A stretch of DNA of 64,000 nucleotides. It comes from Pirellulales bacterium (GTDB lineage: Bacteria > Planctomycetota > Planctomycetia > Pirellulales > JAICIG01). Location: positions 217,220 to 281,219 of the forward strand of contig JBBDYJ010000031.1 in the NCBI GenBank assembly GCA_040901675.1, given 5' to 3'. Shown here piece after piece: positions 41,331-50,754 of this stretch (positions are counted from its first letter, which is position 1; the number at the start of each line of letters is the position of its first letter). Both the position numbers and the translations under genes were made by a program. The notes below the pieces were generated by a model. It searched no databases. It worked only from the letters and a program-made list of their open reading frames with translations, and was not told where the DNA came from.

Positions 41331-42194
41331 ATGCAGATACCCCTCTTCCCGTTCCGCCGGATGCTCCGATTGAGCTCGCGTTTCAAAACCGATCGATTCG
41401 ATGAACTGGGCCGCGTCAATCCTCCTCCGAAGTTGCTGCGGGGGCACGGCGGACCGCAGTTTCGCGACATCGGCCGGCGGTGGGTCGAGACCTTCCAGTT
41501 GATCGCGAGCCTGAGCCCGACCGCCCACGTGCTCGACGTGGGGTGCGGTCCTGGCCGCATGGCGCTGGAGTTAGCGCCGTATCTGCGCACGTCGGGCCGC
41601 TACGAGGGCTTCGACATCCGCGCCGCTGACATTGCCTGGTGCAAAAAGGAAATCGAGCCGAGATGGAGCCGAAGCCGCTTCCAATTAGTCGACGTGAACA
41701 ACGGTCACTACAACGCCTGCGGCGAGTTGGCAGCCGAGGCCTTTCGATTCCCGTACCCGGACCAGTCGTTCGATTTTGTCTTTATGACGTCCGTCTGCAC
41801 CCACCTGCGATCGCGAGCTGTCTCGAATTACCTGGGGCAGGCTTCCCGCGTGCTCAAGGCAGGGGGACGGTGCCTGGCCAGTTTCTTCCTGGTCAACGAG
41901 CGGGTATGGGCTCGAATCGCCGCCGGCAAGTCGCGGTTTCAGTTCGCGCATGCGATCGGGCCGTCGAGCTGGAGCCAGTACGCCGACCGTCCGGAACGAG
42001 CGGTCGCCTACGACGAGACCTTCATCCGGACGATTCATCAACAAGCCGGGCTGGCGGTGTGCGAGCCGATGCATTACGGCGCCTGGTCGGGCGACGTTCC
42101 GCCGAGCACGCGCCACTCGCAGGACGTGGTGGTGGCCCTCAAGCCGGGGAGCGCCCAACACGTCACGCAACCCGCGCCAACGTTTTCCGACTGA
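41331..42194 (+). CDS. Class I SAM-dependent methyltransferase
   Basis: VLDVGCGPGR, FPYPDQSFDFV and RVLKAGG motifs. Confidence 0.88.
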   Translation: MQIPLFPFRRMLRLSSRFKTDRFDELGRVNPPPKLLRGHGGPQFRDIGRRWVETFQLIASLSPTAHVLDVGCGPGRMALELAPYLRTSGRYEGFDIRAADIAWCKKEIEPRWSRSRFQLVDVNNGHYNACGELAAEAFRFPYPDQSFDFVFMTSVCTHLRSRAVSNYLGQASRVLKAGGRCLASFFLVNERVWARIAAGKSRFQFAHAIGPSSWSQYADRPERAVAYDETFIRTIHQQAGLAVCEPMHYGAWSGDVPPSTRHSQDVVVALKPGSAQHVTQPAPTFSD

Positions 42195-42220
42195 GCCGCC
42201 ACGAAAAGCGAGGACCCGAA

Positions 42221-42973
42221 ATGATTGCACTGACGGACGAGCAACTCGGCGACTTCCAGCAATGCCTGGACTGGCAGACAGGCATGCGCCTTTCCGACGG
42301 CCGCGTGCTGGGGGTGCCGGGCAAGCGCGGCAATATCAATCCCGGCACCGACCTGCGGGTCCAGACCGTGGCCGAGCGGCTGCGGCCGGCGAATAAGCGG
42401 ATTCTGGAGGTCGGCTGTTGCGAGGGGATCCATACGGTGCAACTATCCGCGCTGTGTGGGCAAGTCGTTGCCTTGGAAGTGCGCCCCAGAAACATCTGCT
42501 GCGCGTTGGCCCGATTATTCGTCCACGGCGTCCGCAACGCGGAGCTGATGCTGAAGGATGTCCGCGAGCTGGACCACTCCTTCGGCCGGTTCGACATCGT
42601 GTTCCACGTCGGCGTGCTCTACCATCTCAGCAACCCCGTCGAGCATATCTTCCGGATCCGCGATCTGGCGGACGACATGATTCTGGACACGCATTTTTGC
42701 GACGATACAACCAGCTTTGAACGGTCGGACATAACGTACCAGGGCAAGCTGTACCGGAGCCACGTCTACCGCGGCGAAAAGGGATGGCGCGACGCGTTTT
42801 CCGGCTTGGAGCCGAGCTCGCGCTGGCTGCACCGCGACTCGCTCCTCGAGTTGCTCGACGATGCCGGCTTCGACTCCGTGGAGGTGATTCGCCAGCGCAT
42901 CGAGCGAAATGGGCCCAGGATCTGCCTGCTGGCTCGACGAACAGGCCGGCGGGCCGAAGCCATATCGGTCTGA
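42221..42973 (+). CDS. Class I SAM-dependent methyltransferase
   Basis: ILEVGCCEG and FDIVFHVGVLYHL motifs. Confidence 0.85.
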   Translation: MIALTDEQLGDFQQCLDWQTGMRLSDGRVLGVPGKRGNINPGTDLRVQTVAERLRPANKRILEVGCCEGIHTVQLSALCGQVVALEVRPRNICCALARLFVHGVRNAELMLKDVRELDHSFGRFDIVFHVGVLYHLSNPVEHIFRIRDLADDMILDTHFCDDTTSFERSDITYQGKLYRSHVYRGEKGWRDAFSGLEPSSRWLHRDSLLELLDDAGFDSVEVIRQRIERNGPRICLLARRTGRRAEAISV

Positions 42974-42982
42974 AAGCGACGC

Positions 42983-43840
42983 ATGGACCATTCCCACACT
43001 TCGCCCTGGCGGCCGGGACCCGGCTTTCCCGTGCTGCCCCACGAGATCCTGGGCCACTTCGTCGCCCGACGCAACCTGATCCGCCAACTACTGCGGCGGG
43101 AGGTGATGGGACGCTACGATGGGTCGTACTTGGGGATCTGCTGGTCCTTGTTGACTCCGCTGGCCCTGCTGGCGGCCTACACGTTTGTCTTTTCCGTCGT
43201 CTTTGAAGGACGCTGGGGCGTCGAAGGCGAACCGCAGGGACTGGGCTACTATGCCTTGGTCTTGTTCGCCGGGTTGTTTGCCTTTCTCATCCTGTCCGAG
43301 GTTGCCGGCGGCGCGGCAAGCCTGGTCACGTCGCAGCCGAACCTGGTGACCAAGGTCGTCTTTCCGCTGGAAGTGCTGCCGCTGGTGCGCACGCTGGCCG
43401 CCTTGGTTCGAGCGGTCCCCAGCATGCTCGTGCTGGGCGCCGCCACGTGGCTGGTGCTGGGCCGCCTGCCGGCGACCTTCGCGCTGTTGCCGCTGGCGCT
43501 GGCGCCCATGTTCCTGCTGGCGCTGAGTGCGGCCTACCTGCTGGCCTTCCTGGGCGTTTTTGTGCGCGACATGGCTCATACGACGTCGCTCGTGATCCGC
43601 TTGCTCACTTACCTATCGCCCGTGTTTTACCCAGCCTCGCGCGTGCCCGACGACCTGCGGCCGCTGTTCTTGTTGAACCCGGTTGCCCGGATCGTGGAGG
43701 ACTGCCGCAGGATGGCGGTGTTCGGGCAGCCGCCCGACTGGTGGGGCCTGCTGGGCGCGACGGCCGTGGCGGGCTTGTGCGCCTGGCTTTCCTACCTGGT
43801 GTTCATGAGCTTCAAGGGGTCGTTTGCGGACGTGGTGTAA
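42983..43840 (+). CDS. wzm: ABC-2 polysaccharide exporter permease
   Basis: RYDGSYLGICWSLLTPL, LVTKVVFPLE, YLSPVFYP and LNP motifs. Confidence 0.92.
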   Translation: MDHSHTSPWRPGPGFPVLPHEILGHFVARRNLIRQLLRREVMGRYDGSYLGICWSLLTPLALLAAYTFVFSVVFEGRWGVEGEPQGLGYYALVLFAGLFAFLILSEVAGGAASLVTSQPNLVTKVVFPLEVLPLVRTLAALVRAVPSMLVLGAATWLVLGRLPATFALLPLALAPMFLLALSAAYLLAFLGVFVRDMAHTTSLVIRLLTYLSPVFYPASRVPDDLRPLFLLNPVARIVEDCRRMAVFGQPPDWWGLLGATAVAGLCAWLSYLVFMSFKGSFADVV

Positions 43841-43843
43841 GCG

Positions 43844-45178
43844 ATGGGCGTATCGATCCGGCTGCGCGACGTATCGAAGGTGTACCGCGTCTATGCGCGC
43901 CCGATCGATCGGCTCAAAGAGGCCTTTCTGCCGGGACGCAGACACCGCGAAATCCGGGTGCTGGACCAAATCAGCCTGGAAGTCGCCGCCGGGCAGACGG
44001 TGGGCATCGTGGGACGCAACGGGGCCGGCAAGAGCACGCTTTTGAAAATCGTGGCGGGCACGACGCGGCCCACTTCGGGCGCCGCGGAGGTGCGGGGCAG
44101 CGTGGCCGCACTCTTGGAGCTGGGCGGCGGGTTCAATCCCGAGGTTTCGGGCCGCGAGAACGTCTATCTGAACGCCAGCATCCACGGGCTGTCGAAGGCC
44201 GAAACGGACCAGCGCTACGAGGCGATTGTCGAGTACAGCGAGCTGGGGGATTTCGTCGACCAACCGGTGAAGACCTACAGCAGCGGCATGCTGATGCGGC
44301 TGGCGTTTGCCACGGCCATCCACGTCCAGCGCGATATCCTGATCGTCGACGAATCGCTGGCCGTAGGCGACGCGATGTTCCAGCGCAAGTGCATGACGAC
44401 GATCGAGGAAATCAAGGACTCGGGGGCCACGATCCTGTTCGTGTCGCACTCCCTGGAAACGGTCAAGGCCCTTTGCGACCGGGCCGTGCTGCTCGAGCAA
44501 GGACGGCTGGTGGCCGAGGGATTGCCGATCGACGTGCTGAACGAGTACGCTCGCTTGATCGCCGGCGTGGGTAAGAGGGGCGGTCCGCTGCGCCCGATCG
44601 GTCGGCCGGCTTCTCAGCAAGATCCGCCGCCCATGATGGCGCGGCGGACCGAGGCGGCGGCCTGCCGGCAGGCTCAAGCGTTGATGGTGCCGCTCGACTT
44701 GCTCGACGTCGGCAAGGAGGAGTACGGGTACGGGACGGGCGACGCCGAAATCACCGACGTCGAAACCCTCGATGCCTCCGGACGCGCCACGACCGTGTTC
44801 CAGAGCGGCGACGAGGCGTGGCTTCGCTATACGATCTGCTTTGCCCAGCATACCGCCCGGCCGCACTTTGGCATGACGATTACGCGGCTCGATGGAGTGC
44901 GAGTTTATGGCACCAACTCGCTGCACCAGCAAGTCGAGCTGGGCACTTGCTCTGGGGGCGAGCGGGTCCAAGTCGAGTTCCACTTCCGGATTCGCCTGGT
45001 TGCGGGCAACTATTACATCACGGTGGGCTGCGCCGACGTGCGCGAAGACAAGATCGTATTCCTGCACCGCCGCTGCGACTTGCTGCTGCTGAAGGTCCTG
45101 CCCAACGCGCATGCGACGGGCATTGCGGACCTCTCAGCCACGATCGGTACGCGCCGCTTGCACCAGGCAGCCGCCTGA
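43844..45178 (+). CDS. wzt: ABC polysaccharide exporter ATPase with C-terminal Wzt carbohydrate-binding domain
   Basis: GRNGAGKST, YSSGMLMRLAF, IVDESLAVGD; C-terminal beta domain (GTGDAEI...GNYYITVG). Confidence 0.93.
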   Translation: MGVSIRLRDVSKVYRVYARPIDRLKEAFLPGRRHREIRVLDQISLEVAAGQTVGIVGRNGAGKSTLLKIVAGTTRPTSGAAEVRGSVAALLELGGGFNPEVSGRENVYLNASIHGLSKAETDQRYEAIVEYSELGDFVDQPVKTYSSGMLMRLAFATAIHVQRDILIVDESLAVGDAMFQRKCMTTIEEIKDSGATILFVSHSLETVKALCDRAVLLEQGRLVAEGLPIDVLNEYARLIAGVGKRGGPLRPIGRPASQQDPPPMMARRTEAAACRQAQALMVPLDLLDVGKEEYGYGTGDAEITDVETLDASGRATTVFQSGDEAWLRYTICFAQHTARPHFGMTITRLDGVRVYGTNSLHQQVELGTCSGGERVQVEFHFRIRLVAGNYYITVGCADVREDKIVFLHRRCDLLLLKVLPNAHATGIADLSATIGTRRLHQAAA

Positions 45179-45208
45179 GGGGCCGCCGCCTAAGAGGCCG
45201 CGGCCGTG

Positions 45209-45237
45209 TTGACGCGGAGGGGACAAAGCATCATACT
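45209..45237 (+). promoter_or_regulatory. Internal sigma70-type promoter
   Basis: TTGACG-N17-CATACT, followed by an AAGGAGG RBS before ATG 45301. Confidence 0.55.
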
Positions 45238-45300
45238 GCCGCCCCCCCGTTCGGCCCGCGACCGGGGACTTCGACGGCTTATCAAGGAGGAAGAGCCGGC

Positions 45301-46794
45301 ATGCTGGAGCTAGTCGAGTGGGGGCGCAGCAATGGGCTCGCCGCCAAGCCCTGGTTGATTCTGGGCAAAGGCCCGTCGTTTTCGTACTACAAGCAGGTGG
45401 ACCTGTCGGGATACCACCTGCTGTCGCTGAACCACGCGGTGCGCCAGCTCCCGGTCACGGCGGCGCACATCATCGATATCGACGTGGTGGCCGACTGCGG
45501 CCGTGCGCTCGTGGAAAACTGCCGATGGCTGATCATGCCGCGGCGGCCGCACGTGCACTTCGACCCCGGTCCGAAGCGGCTGGAAGATTATTTTGACGAG
45601 CTGCCGGTATTGCGGGAGCTGGACGCCCAGAACCGGCTCGTCTGGTACAACCTTTCCAGCTCGAAGCCATACGGGGATTCTCCGGTCATCCGGGCCCGGT
45701 TTTTCAGCACCGAGGCCGCGCTGAACCTGCTGGGGACGGTGGGTGTGCGGCAGGTCCGCTCGCTGGGTGTCGACGGGGGCCGGGGCTACGGCGGCGAGTT
45801 CAAGGACCTGGAAGGCAAGACGATGCTGGCCAACGGCCATGACACGTTCAATTCTCAGTTCGATGAAATCGACGCGATCGTCAGGGCCCACGGCATCGAT
45901 TACGCCCCGCTGATGGAACCGCTGCGGGTGTTCGTCGGCACGGACGAGTCGCAGCGCGTGGCGACCCGGGTGCTGGAGCACTCCATCCGCAAGCACAGCA
46001 GCCGCCCGGTGAGCTTTCAGCCGATGTTCGACCTGAGCGTGCCCACGCCCAAGGAGAAGGCCAACCGTCCGCGGACCGGTTTTTCGTTTTACCGCTTTGC
46101 CATCCCCAAACTGTGCGGCTACCGCGGCCGGGCGTTGTACGTCGACGCCGACATGCAGGTCTTTTCGGACCTGGCCGAGCTGTGGGAAGTTCCCTTCGGC
46201 TCGCAGAAGGTGCTATGTACCAACCAACCGGCCGCCCCCGAGGCATGGAAGGAGAAGGGCTCCTTTTTTCACGCCGGAAGGCAGATGAGCGTGATGCTGC
46301 TCGATTGCAGCCGCCTGGATTGGTCCGTCGACGAGGTGGTGCGGGGCCTGGACGAGAAGCGCTATGACTACCGGCGACTGATGTTCGATCTGTGCCTGGT
46401 GGAGCCCGACGAGATCGCCGATCGCATCCCGCCTGAGTGGAACTGCCTGGAATGGTACGAAGCGGGCAAGACCAAACTGTTGCACTACACCGTCGTGCCT
46501 GCGCAGCCCTGGAAAAACGACGACAACCCGCTGTGCCCGATCTGGATGGCGGAATTCCGGGAAGCGCTGGCCGCCGGGGCGATTCCCCCTGAGGAAGTGC
46601 AGCACGGGCTTGCGTCCGGCTTCCTGAAGCCGTCGTTGGCCCGCGAACTCTCGGCCGCGGCGATACCCGCCGGGCCCGCGACGTCGCGTCTCGCCGGCCC
46701 CGTGCCCGCCCCGCACGGTGGCGGCTGGTCCAGCCGGCTGGGCCGTGCGGCCGGAAAGCCCTGGCGGTTGCTGAAGCGGTCGCTGGAGCGCTAA
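45301..46794 (+). CDS. Two-domain glycosyltransferase-like protein (N-terminal GxGPS domain plus GT8-like domain)
   Basis: ILGKGPSF/LNHA N-terminal domain; VFVG, TGFSFYRF, YVDADM and LLHYT in the C-terminal domain. Confidence 0.7.
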   Translation: MLELVEWGRSNGLAAKPWLILGKGPSFSYYKQVDLSGYHLLSLNHAVRQLPVTAAHIIDIDVVADCGRALVENCRWLIMPRRPHVHFDPGPKRLEDYFDELPVLRELDAQNRLVWYNLSSSKPYGDSPVIRARFFSTEAALNLLGTVGVRQVRSLGVDGGRGYGGEFKDLEGKTMLANGHDTFNSQFDEIDAIVRAHGIDYAPLMEPLRVFVGTDESQRVATRVLEHSIRKHSSRPVSFQPMFDLSVPTPKEKANRPRTGFSFYRFAIPKLCGYRGRALYVDADMQVFSDLAELWEVPFGSQKVLCTNQPAAPEAWKEKGSFFHAGRQMSVMLLDCSRLDWSVDEVVRGLDEKRYDYRRLMFDLCLVEPDEIADRIPPEWNCLEWYEAGKTKLLHYTVVPAQPWKNDDNPLCPIWMAEFREALAAGAIPPEEVQHGLASGFLKPSLARELSAAAIPAGPATSRLAGPVPAPHGGGWSSRLGRAAGKPWRLLKRSLER

Positions 46795-46822
46795 GACGAC
46801 ACCCTGAGGCCCACGACGAACG

Positions 46823-48643
46823 ATGCCCATGCTGGCCAGCCTCTGGAAACGTGCCTTGAACTGCCGTCCGGGTCGGTGGATTCAGCGTTGCGCGGCCCGG
46901 TGGCGAGCCGCGGCGCCTGGCGACCACGCGGCGTCGAGGCCGGGCAAGCCTCGGCTGTTTAACCTGCCACCCGTGCCGAAGGGGCCCGCCGATCTGGCGC
47001 CTTGCGTGTTCCGTCCGCGCCGGGCCTTAAGCTCAGCCGAACGGCTGCTCTTGGCCCGCCGCGCGGGGGCGCTATCCCGACGACCCAAGTTCAGCCTGGT
47101 CGTCGCGGGTCAACCATCCAATCCCGGCTGGCGGAAAACGATCGAATCGGTTCGAAGCCAGGTGTACTCGAATTGGGAGCTCCTGCTAGGCGGCAGTCGG
47201 CAAGGCTGCCCGGCGGAATCGCTGGTCTGGCAGGCCCTGTCCGAGGCCCAGGTGCGGTTGCTCGGCACGGAGGGCGGGCCGGCTGAAGTCTTCAACCGGG
47301 CCCTGGCGTCGGCCTCGGGTGAGTGGCTGATCTTGCTGGACCCGGGCGATGAGCTGTCGGCCGACGCCTTGTTGTGCCTGGCTGAAGCGGCGACGGACCG
47401 CGTAACGTGCATTTACTCCGACGAGAGTTCGCTCGACGCCAGGGGGTGGGCAGCCGATGGCATCCGAAAGCCAGGCTGGTCGCCGGAGCTGCTGCTGTCG
47501 CAGCACTATACGGGCCGGCTCGCGGCCTACCGGTGTGCGGCCGTGCGCGCCGCGGGCGGATGGCGTGCCACGCTGGGGCGTGCCGCTGAGTACGACCTGG
47601 TGCTGCGGCTGGCCGAGGGAGAGGGCCGGATCGAGCACGTGCCACGGGTGTTGTACTACCGGGGGTATCGTGAGGTGCCCCAGCCGGCGCCGGCGGCCGA
47701 GGCAGTGACGGCAATCGCTGACGCGCTGGGGCGGCGGGGCATACGCGGGCGGGTGACGCCATCGCCCGCGGCGGGCACCTTCAGCCTGGTCCTCGAACCC
47801 GTGGGCGAGCCGCTGGTTTCGATCATCATTCCAACGCGCGATCACTCCGGTCTTTTGGAGCAGTGCGTCCGCAGCATCGTCGAGCGGACGCAGTACACGC
47901 GCTATGAGATCGTGGTGGTGGACAACGGCAGCGTGGAGCCGGAAACGCAACGCCTGTTCCAGCGCTGGTCGGGGAATCAGCGGATTCGAGTGCTCAGCGC
48001 GCCCGGCCGGTTCAACTATTCGCGGCTGAACAACCTGGCCGTGGACCGCTCGACGTCCGACCTGGTGCTGCTGTTGAACAACGATACGGAAGTCATCAAT
48101 CCTGAGTGGCTGGGGGTGATGGTCGGCTTTGTTCAGTTGCCGGGCGTGGGCGCGGTGGGTGCCAAGCTTTATTTCCAGAACGATACAATCCAGCACGCCG
48201 GACTGATTCTGCGGGGTGGCGGCACGGGCCCCAAGCCGGCCATGTCCAGCCATAAGTTCTTCCGCCGCCAGGCGGCCGGCTACCAGGGCGCGCTGCATGC
48301 CGTGCGCAACTGCAGCGCCGTCACGGCGGCTTGCCTGCTGGTGCATCGCGAGGTGTATCAGGCGGTGGGGGGCTTCGATGAGCAGTTGGCGGTTGCCTAC
48401 AACGACGTCGACTTTTGCCTGAAGCTGCGGCAGCGCGGCCTGCGCATCGTCTGGACACCGCTGGCGGAGCTGTATCACTACGAGTCGGCGTCGCGAGGCG
48501 CCGACCGGGCGGGCGACCCGCGGTGGGAGCAAGAAAAACTTCGGATGCACGGCAAGTGGGGCGGGATGCTGTGCGACGACCCCTATTACAACCCCAGCCT
48601 CTCGCTGGATTGCACCAACTTCCGACTGCGCGAGGCGGGGTGA
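46823..48643 (+). CDS. GT2 glycosyltransferase, tandem domains
   Basis: VSIIIPTRD, VVDNGS, FNYSRLNN, LLNNDTE and YNDVDFCL motifs; degenerate N-terminal GT2 domain. Confidence 0.9.
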   Translation: MPMLASLWKRALNCRPGRWIQRCAARWRAAAPGDHAASRPGKPRLFNLPPVPKGPADLAPCVFRPRRALSSAERLLLARRAGALSRRPKFSLVVAGQPSNPGWRKTIESVRSQVYSNWELLLGGSRQGCPAESLVWQALSEAQVRLLGTEGGPAEVFNRALASASGEWLILLDPGDELSADALLCLAEAATDRVTCIYSDESSLDARGWAADGIRKPGWSPELLLSQHYTGRLAAYRCAAVRAAGGWRATLGRAAEYDLVLRLAEGEGRIEHVPRVLYYRGYREVPQPAPAAEAVTAIADALGRRGIRGRVTPSPAAGTFSLVLEPVGEPLVSIIIPTRDHSGLLEQCVRSIVERTQYTRYEIVVVDNGSVEPETQRLFQRWSGNQRIRVLSAPGRFNYSRLNNLAVDRSTSDLVLLLNNDTEVINPEWLGVMVGFVQLPGVGAVGAKLYFQNDTIQHAGLILRGGGTGPKPAMSSHKFFRRQAAGYQGALHAVRNCSAVTAACLLVHREVYQAVGGFDEQLAVAYNDVDFCLKLRQRGLRIVWTPLAELYHYESASRGADRAGDPRWEQEKLRMHGKWGGMLCDDPYYNPSLSLDCTNFRLREAG

Positions 48644-49737
48644 TGTGGCACAGGTTTTTCGGTCGGCGCGATCGCCCGCCGCCCGCCGCTCTCAAGGTGG
48701 CTTTCCTGGGCGACGGAGTGAGCGGCTCCTGGCAGATCCGGGGCAAGCAGATCGCCTCGGCGCGCAGCGGCTGGCGCAGCATTCCCTACACGCGGCTCAA
48801 GCCGGCCGACCTGGACAAGTACCACATTTTCTGCCTGGTAAAGCGATTCAAACCCGAGGTGGCCCACGAGATCCGCTTGCACGGCAAGTTGGTCGTCTAC
48901 GACACGGTCGACCCCTGGAAACAGCCCGACGACGGTCTGGTCCACACCACGCCGGAGGCGGTGCTGGCGTATTTCCGAAGCTTTTTCAAGGACATGCCCT
49001 GCGACGGCGTCATTTTCGCCAACGGTGCCATGATGGCCGACCTGGGACACCTGGCGCCGTATCCGACGGCGATCTATCACCACGCGCGGCCTGGGCTGCG
49101 GCCGGCCGTGGTGCGGCCCACCGCGCGCGTGTTGGGCTACGAGGGGGATGAGCGGTACCTGGGCGAGTGGAGCGAGGCCTGCCGGCGGGCCTGCCGGCGG
49201 CATGGGCTTCAGTTCGTGGTGAATCCCTCCTCCTTCTACGACCTGGATATCGGCCTGACGGCGCGAGGCGGCCCGCACGCATCGCTGATGGCCCGGCGCT
49301 ACAAATCCAACGTGAAGCTGGCGAACCTGCTGGCGGCCGGCATCCCCTGCCTGGCTCATTGGGAGGAGCAGTCGATCTGGGAAACGACCAACGGCCGTGT
49401 CTGCTTCTTCAGCAACGAAGCCCAGCTCGAGGCGGGAATCGAGTCGCTGCTGGACTTCGACACGCGGCGCGCGATCCACGAGTCGTTCGTGTTGCACAGC
49501 CGGCAGTTCACGCTTGACCAGATCGCCCGCTTGTATGAGGCCTATTTCGCCGCGCTAGCTGCGGCGGCCGGCGAACGCGGCAGCGCGGAAGGCCTCAAGG
49601 GGACGACGAGTTGGAGCCAGAACGGACGGGAGGCTGTTTTCGGCGCCGCGCGGATGCTTCCTGGGGCTGCCGGCTTCCATGATCCAGGTGGGCCGCATCG
49701 ATCCTTCGCGCCGGGCTCCCAGGCGATGCGGTCGTAA
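48643..49737 (+). CDS. Hypothetical protein, probable GT-B-type glycosyltransferase
   Basis: Coupled start (TGATG); GSWQIRG, VYDTVD and KSNVKLANLLAAGIPC motifs. Confidence 0.6.
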   Translation: MWHRFFGRRDRPPPAALKVAFLGDGVSGSWQIRGKQIASARSGWRSIPYTRLKPADLDKYHIFCLVKRFKPEVAHEIRLHGKLVVYDTVDPWKQPDDGLVHTTPEAVLAYFRSFFKDMPCDGVIFANGAMMADLGHLAPYPTAIYHHARPGLRPAVVRPTARVLGYEGDERYLGEWSEACRRACRRHGLQFVVNPSSFYDLDIGLTARGGPHASLMARRYKSNVKLANLLAAGIPCLAHWEEQSIWETTNGRVCFFSNEAQLEAGIESLLDFDTRRAIHESFVLHSRQFTLDQIARLYEAYFAALAAAAGERGSAEGLKGTTSWSQNGREAVFGAARMLPGAAGFHDPGGPHRSFAPGSQAMRS

Positions 49738-50551
49738 AGCGCGCCGGCTGTGGCGGGCGGAGCCCCCATTTCCAGAGCCATCGCCCGTAGGAGCAGAGGT
49801 GCTGCCAGGCATCCTTGGAAAGAAGCCGCCGGCTGGCCCGCTGCTCGTGGTGGAAGCAGTGGGTGCTGCCGTTGAACATCACCTTCCAGCCCGCCTGGGC
49901 CATCCGGGCGCAGAAGTCGACGTCCTCGAAGTATTTCTGGAACCGGCGGTCGAAGCCGCCGACTTCCTGAATCGCAGCCCGGCGTACGAGCATGAAGCAG
50001 CCCGATACCCACTCGCAATCGAAGGTCTCGTTCAGCCCGCGCTCGCGGTAGAAATAGTCGTCGAGCCCACTGGGGAAGAGCTTGCCCAGCCCCGACCTCC
50101 GCAGCGCGATGATTCGCGGTGTTTGAAACCGCCGCGCCGGATACGCGTAGCTGCCGTCGGGGTGGTAGATGCGGCAGGTGCCGACCCCGCAGTGTGGATG
50201 GGATTCCATGAACCGCACCATGCTCGACAGGCACTGCGATTCGGGCTCGAAATACATGTCGGTATTCATCAACAGCACGTAGCGGGCCGTGCACGCCGAC
50301 AAGATGCGATTCAGATTAGCCGTGTACCCCAGCCGCTCGCGGTTGGCCAGCACAAGGGTCTCGGGAAAAATGCGCCGCCACGGCTGGGCGCCATCGGCCG
50401 AAGCGTTGTCGACCAGCACCAGCCGCATCGAGAGGCCGTCGCCTGACCGCGACATCGAGTTCAAAAGCGGCCCCATGTAATGCCGCTCGTGCGTGTAGAC
50501 CACGCCGATATCGAGGTCGTGCGGCGCGCTGACTTCCGTCGATGGATACAT
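49595..50551 (-). CDS. GT2 glycosyltransferase
   Basis: LVDNASAD, LLMNTD, WVSGCFML and YFEDVDFC motifs. Confidence 0.9.
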   Translation of the reverse strand: MYPSTEVSAPHDLDIGVVYTHERHYMGPLLNSMSRSGDGLSMRLVLVDNASADGAQPWRRIFPETLVLANRERLGYTANLNRILSACTARYVLLMNTDMYFEPESQCLSSMVRFMESHPHCGVGTCRIYHPDGSYAYPARRFQTPRIIALRRSGLGKLFPSGLDDYFYRERGLNETFDCEWVSGCFMLVRRAAIQEVGGFDRRFQKYFEDVDFCARMAQAGWKVMFNGSTHCFHHEQRASRRLLSKDAWQHLCSYGRWLWKWGLRPPQPARFTTASPGSPARRIDAAHLDHGSRQPQEASARRRKQPPVRSGSNSSSP

Positions 50552-50754
50552 CTCAGGCCGCCTTCCTTGGCAAACCTTGCCCTCCGTCCGGCGAGCGGCC
50601 CCATCATGATCGAACGCACGTCGGGTCGGCTCGGTTGGCTCGCCCGGCGGTTGCCCGGCCGCCGGCCGCGAAGATTACCATGCCCCTGCCCAGGCGGCCA
50701 AGCCGAGTTTCGGAATTGACCGATTTGGCGTTTCTCGTTTCAATACGCCCCCTT

